Shown: in pieces, positions 59,682-64,000 of the stretch
Layout: each line of letters opens with the position of its first letter
Numbering within the stretch: position 1 is the stretch's first letter
NCBI GenBank assembly: GCA_951804945.1
Contig: OX638161.1
Span: 47,244,001-47,308,000 of the forward strand
DNA length: 64,000 nt
Source of the DNA: Podarcis cretensis
Lineage: Eukaryota
Direction of reading: 5' to 3'
The notes under the pieces: generated by a model
Database searches by the model: none
Seen by the model: only the letters and a program-made list of their open reading frames with translations
Told to the model about the DNA's origin: nothing
Translations under genes and position numbers: made by a program

Positions 59682-62600
59682 CATTTGAGAAGAGAGCTAA
59701 TTAAAAACAATGTAATTATAAAAGCATAGAAGATTCCTGTGACACCAAAAACAGTTAATGAAAGGTTGTATTGGTTAGATCAGTGTTTCCCAACCTTGTG
59801 CCTCCAGCTGTTTTTGGACTACAATTCCCATCATCCCTTGCCACTGGTCTTGCTAGTCAGGGATGATGGGAGTTGTAGTTCAAAAACAGCTGGAGGCACA
59901 AGGTTGGGAAACACTGGGTTAGATGGTTTTCTTTTTTTGCTTCTTATTTTTTTAATGTATTATGTGATGTTATGTTCTATTTTTAAGTTATGAACTTCCC
60001 TTAGATCTATACTAAATTAATAAATAAAAATGAATTATTATTATTATCATACATAACTGAGACCTTCTGTCACCATCAACAGGCAAAGTTTTATTCAGTG
60101 ATATAGTTTCAGATATAAAGAAATAAATACGGATATATAAATGCAGAGAGGCATGGTGCAGAACTTCCATCAAAGGGAAATGAAATGCCAAAATCTGCAG
60201 GCAATGTAAATCACATAATTAATGTAAAGATACCAAATCACTCATTAGACTGTGAAATAAGTTCATTCTGCTAGGGTGCTTTGTACTGAAAGTGCAGAGG
60301 AAAACCAAGAGAAGAGAGGTGTGTCAAAGATACACTGCAGATCACAAATACAATTGCTCTTCTCTATCATAACTCAGATTTTGGCTGAATGTGTTTTTTT
60401 GAATAGGAAGAGGACATAACTGTCTCATGCATTAAAGTATTTTCCCCTCCCTTTTTATACCTTCCCTATTAACAGTATAACCCCAAAGTTCTATCAGAAT
60501 ATCCTGGCCTTGGTGTTTGCCATAAAAGAGATCAATGACAATCCAAAGATCTTGCCCAATGTCACCCTTGGTTTCCACATCTATGACAGCTATTCTGATG
60601 CAAGAATGACCTATCGAAGCACTTTGGACCTTCTCTTCAAACAGCAAAGATTTGTCCCCAACTACAAATGTGACACTCAGAAAAACCTCATGGCTGTGAT
60701 TGGGGGACTTACGTCTGACACTTCTATCCAAATGGCAGATATCTTAAGTCTCTACAGGGCTCCACAGGTAGAATCAGTGCATAGGGGAGTGTGGGGAAGT
60801 TGAATCTGACATTCTTTCATTCAGAAGGAGAAGAGAAATATTAGTGTAACTAAAAAATATTGAGCCAGGATTTTTCTTCCATAACTATTTCAAGTTCCAC
60901 CTTCAACTATCTTTAGGAAATGTTCTGCTAAATTATCATTTTCTTTTAGCTCACCTATGGCTCATTTGCTTCAGAGGAGATTCAATCAAGGCAGACAACT
61001 TCTTTTTATAGCATGGTCCCAAAGGAAATCCACCAATATGTAGGGATTATCCACTTTCTTCAGTACTTCAGATGGATATGGGTTGGGCTCTTTGTTTCGA
61101 ATAATAATAGTGGAGAACATTTTTTGAGGACCCTGGAGCTATTGTTTTCCAACAATGGGATCTGTTCAGCCTTCACAAAAAGAATCTCACTTCAAGCTCA
61201 TATGGATAATATGGTAGGAATGTATGATATAATGGGAAGTATTTATCAAGGTCTCACAGATGAAAAGGCCACTGCAGTTATATTCTATGGAGACTATGGG
61301 GCAATTTCATGGCTGAGAACTGTTTTACTTTTCCAAGATAATGGAGGTAATCAAAGCACATCATTTGGGAAGGTCTGGATCATGACAGCCCAGATAGATT
61401 TCCTATCAACCGGACTTCAGAGAAACTGGGATTTTCAAGGGTTGCAAGGTGCCCTTTCCTTTACAATTCACTCAAAAGAGCTTCTACAGTTCAACCATTT
61501 CCTTCAGAACATCCAAACACACTGGACCAAAGCAGATGGCTTTTGGAAGGACTTCTGGGAGCAGGCATTTGACTGTTTTTTTCCTGATCCTGATATGCCA
61601 GTCACGGATGATGGAACGTGTACTGGAGAGGAGAGGCTGGAAAGTCTCCCGGCAGGTCTTTTTGAAATGCACATGACTGGGCAGAGCTACAGTATCTATA
61701 ATGCTGCTTGTGCTGTAGCTCATGCATTGCATGCCTTTTCCTCATCCAGATCCCTGCACAGAACAGTGACCGCTGGTTACAGTGTTGGAATAACATCTCT
61801 GCAGCCTTGGCAGGTAATGTTGCAGAGCCAAATTTTCTCATGTCTATGAACTGATTAACAGGAGTAGAACAGGAAATTGCTTTATACAAAATTAGGCCTG
61901 TCATCTATCTGTTTCAGCATTGTGTACACTGACAGGCTTGGGCATTCCAGGGTTTGAGACAAGATGAAATTTCCGAGTGTTACCGGAAGATTCTGGGGAT
62001 TGAATCTGGGCCCTTTCCATGTAAGGAGCTGCTCCACCAGGGAGCTGCTACCCTTTACTGCCCCTCTTCTTATACGTAAAAAACCAACCCAACAAACAGA
62101 AAAAGATTCTGCATCTTAGTCATGGTTACTCTCTTGCTGGTTTACATTTCATCTTATAACTTGACCTTGGAGTCTGTTTCACTTGGGAACCTCAAATAGA
62201 TTCTTCTTCTTCTTTTTAAATAGATCAACTCATTTCTTCAAGGTGTTTCATTTAACAACTCAGCTGGAGAAACGGTATCATTTAATGATAACAGGGAAAT
62301 GAGAGGAGGATTTGATATCATGAATCTGGTCACATTCCCAAACACATCTTTCCAGAGAGTAAAAGTTGGATCGGTGGGTCTCAGTGATAGAGGAGATAAG
62401 GAGTTAATCCTCCATATGGACAAAATTCTATGGCACCAAAGTTTTAACCAGGTATGGGTTGGAGTTACCAAACTGCAGAGAGCTTGCAGTTATGACGAAA
62501 GTTACTAAATAACAACAAGCATAGCAAGAACAAGAATGATGTCTAGTGCATTCAGAAATATGATGCGAAATTGATATGCCAAATCTCCCTTTTTCCACTT

Positions 62601-64000
62601 TGAAATCAGTATTACCTTGAAAGTGCACTAAAAATAAAGCATAAGATTGTCCTATGGGTGCCATGTTGGAAAGCACTCCTACCACCAACTTTCCCATATT
62701 TTTGTACAGGTGCTTCCCTTTTCTTTGTGCAATGAACCCTGCCACTCTGGTCATCAGAAGAAAAGGAAGGAAGGGGGGAAGTTTTGTTGCTATGATTGTG
62801 CTCCATGCCCAGAGGGGAAGATTTCAAACCAGACGGGTAGGTAAAGCTCTTGCACCCTGATGACCAAACAAAGAAACTGACACACAGGCTGGTCTTCAGC
62901 TAGGCCACTTTTATTTATTGAACATAGCAAGATCAGGAGAGGAGGATAGATTCAAAAGGCAGAACTGTAGCCATTGGGTGACACACAGGCCTTTTTTAAA
63001 GCCAGAACTCACCAGAACTCAGTTCTGATACCTCTCAGGTGGGCACCATTGCCATTCTAAGGGAATGAGGGAGGTGTTCACGGTGAATTGAAACTAATGG
63101 TCAGTTATGGAGCAAAGCCCACTTCCCTAAGCAAACTAAGGAATAGGGAAATTAGGGGCATAGCAACCCAGTGGCAGCCTAAATTAACAGGAGCTATGAA
63201 AGGAAAAGTTTCAGGCCAGCAAAGGGAAGCATTTGCTCTCCTACAATCTCTGGTCTTCTATTGAATTTGAACCCCTGGCTGACCCGGCGTTGCTTTGCAA
63301 TCGTGTTAGAAGTTTAATTGCTGCTTCAACAGAGGAAACAAGGGTCCTCAGGTATAAATCCAACTATGATTGTGGGAGGAAGAAAAATTAAAAGCCCAAG
63401 CAAAGGAGGTGAAGCCCTGATAGGCTAGACTGCGCCTCTTCAAAGATAGCAACTGGTAGGCTGCAAGCGAAAGTGAGCAGAGAGAGCCCCCTGCACAAAT
63501 GAACAAGCCTTAAAGGGGCTGTGCACCAAACCAAAAGGTTTGCTCCTTATGTAGAACCCCAAAGCAGACCTCCACATCTCATGCCACTTTTAAATGCTAC
63601 AGTATGTTTACTGCTGGTTGGTGTGCTGTCTCTCGTGGCCAATGTGCCACAAATGTGCCTCGGCAGCCTGTCCTGTGGTGGAACAGCCATAATGTACAAT
63701 TCGTCACAATACATGGTTCATTCAATGGGGTGGTCAAATGAATTGGAACTGAATTTCTAGCTAAGCTTTTCTTTTTGTTTCTCAGATATCGACACATGTT
63801 TCAATTGCCCAGAAGGTCAGTATCCAAACAAGAAGAGAAATGGATGCATCCCCAAAGTTATACATTTTTTGTCCTATGAAGAACCTTTAGGGGTCACTTT
63901 AGCCTCTCTTAGTGTCTTATGTTCTTTGATTACTGCTTTGGTCTTGGCTATTTTTATCCAGCACAAAGATACCCCCATAGTCATAGCCAACAACCGAGAG
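59150..64000 (+). CDS. V2R gene E, truncated by the window edge within exon 6
   Basis: Exons 59150-59361, 60476-60767, 60950-61813, 62224-62451, 62710-62836, 63786->64000. Open through [10 protein letters not shown]. This is the most divergent copy in exons 1 and 3. Confidence 0.9.
59626..59678. repeat. (GT)n(GA)n microsatellite
   Basis: Direct reading. Confidence 0.9.
59781..59916. mobile_element. Palindromic hAT MITE in intron 1 of gene E
   Basis: Long TIRs CAGTGTTTCCCAACCTTGTGCCTCCAGCTGTTTTTG and a perfect 8-bp TSD GGTTAGAT. Confidence 0.88.

Overview
Vertebrate genomic DNA from a squamate, probably a lacertid-type lizard (inferred from Sauria SINEs, a Bov-B/RTE 3' end and lizard-type MITEs). 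The window holds a head-to-tail tandem array of five six-exon vomeronasal type-2 receptor genes (V2R, class C GPCR) on the + strand, here called A to E. A-D splice into full-length open frames of 870-873 aa, and E runs off the right edge in exon 6. The 3' flank of a sixth, off-window gene appears near 5.9 kb. The array looks like a duplicated two-gene cassette of about 24 kb that was later shuffled by recombination. Introns and spacers are rich in transposable elements: decayed Ngaro/DIRS tyrosine-recombinase retrotransposons (one with SGNH hydrolase and split direct repeats), a deleted Tf1/sushi-type Gypsy chromovirus, two solo LTRs, L2, L1, Bov-B, Sauria SINEs and hAT/Tigger MITEs. The most unusual signal is a 103-110-codon reading frame inside the Gypsy LTR. 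It is conserved at the protein level in a divergent solo LTR and overlaps an apparent self-priming sequence. There are two assembly gaps. All alignments and counts were made by eye.
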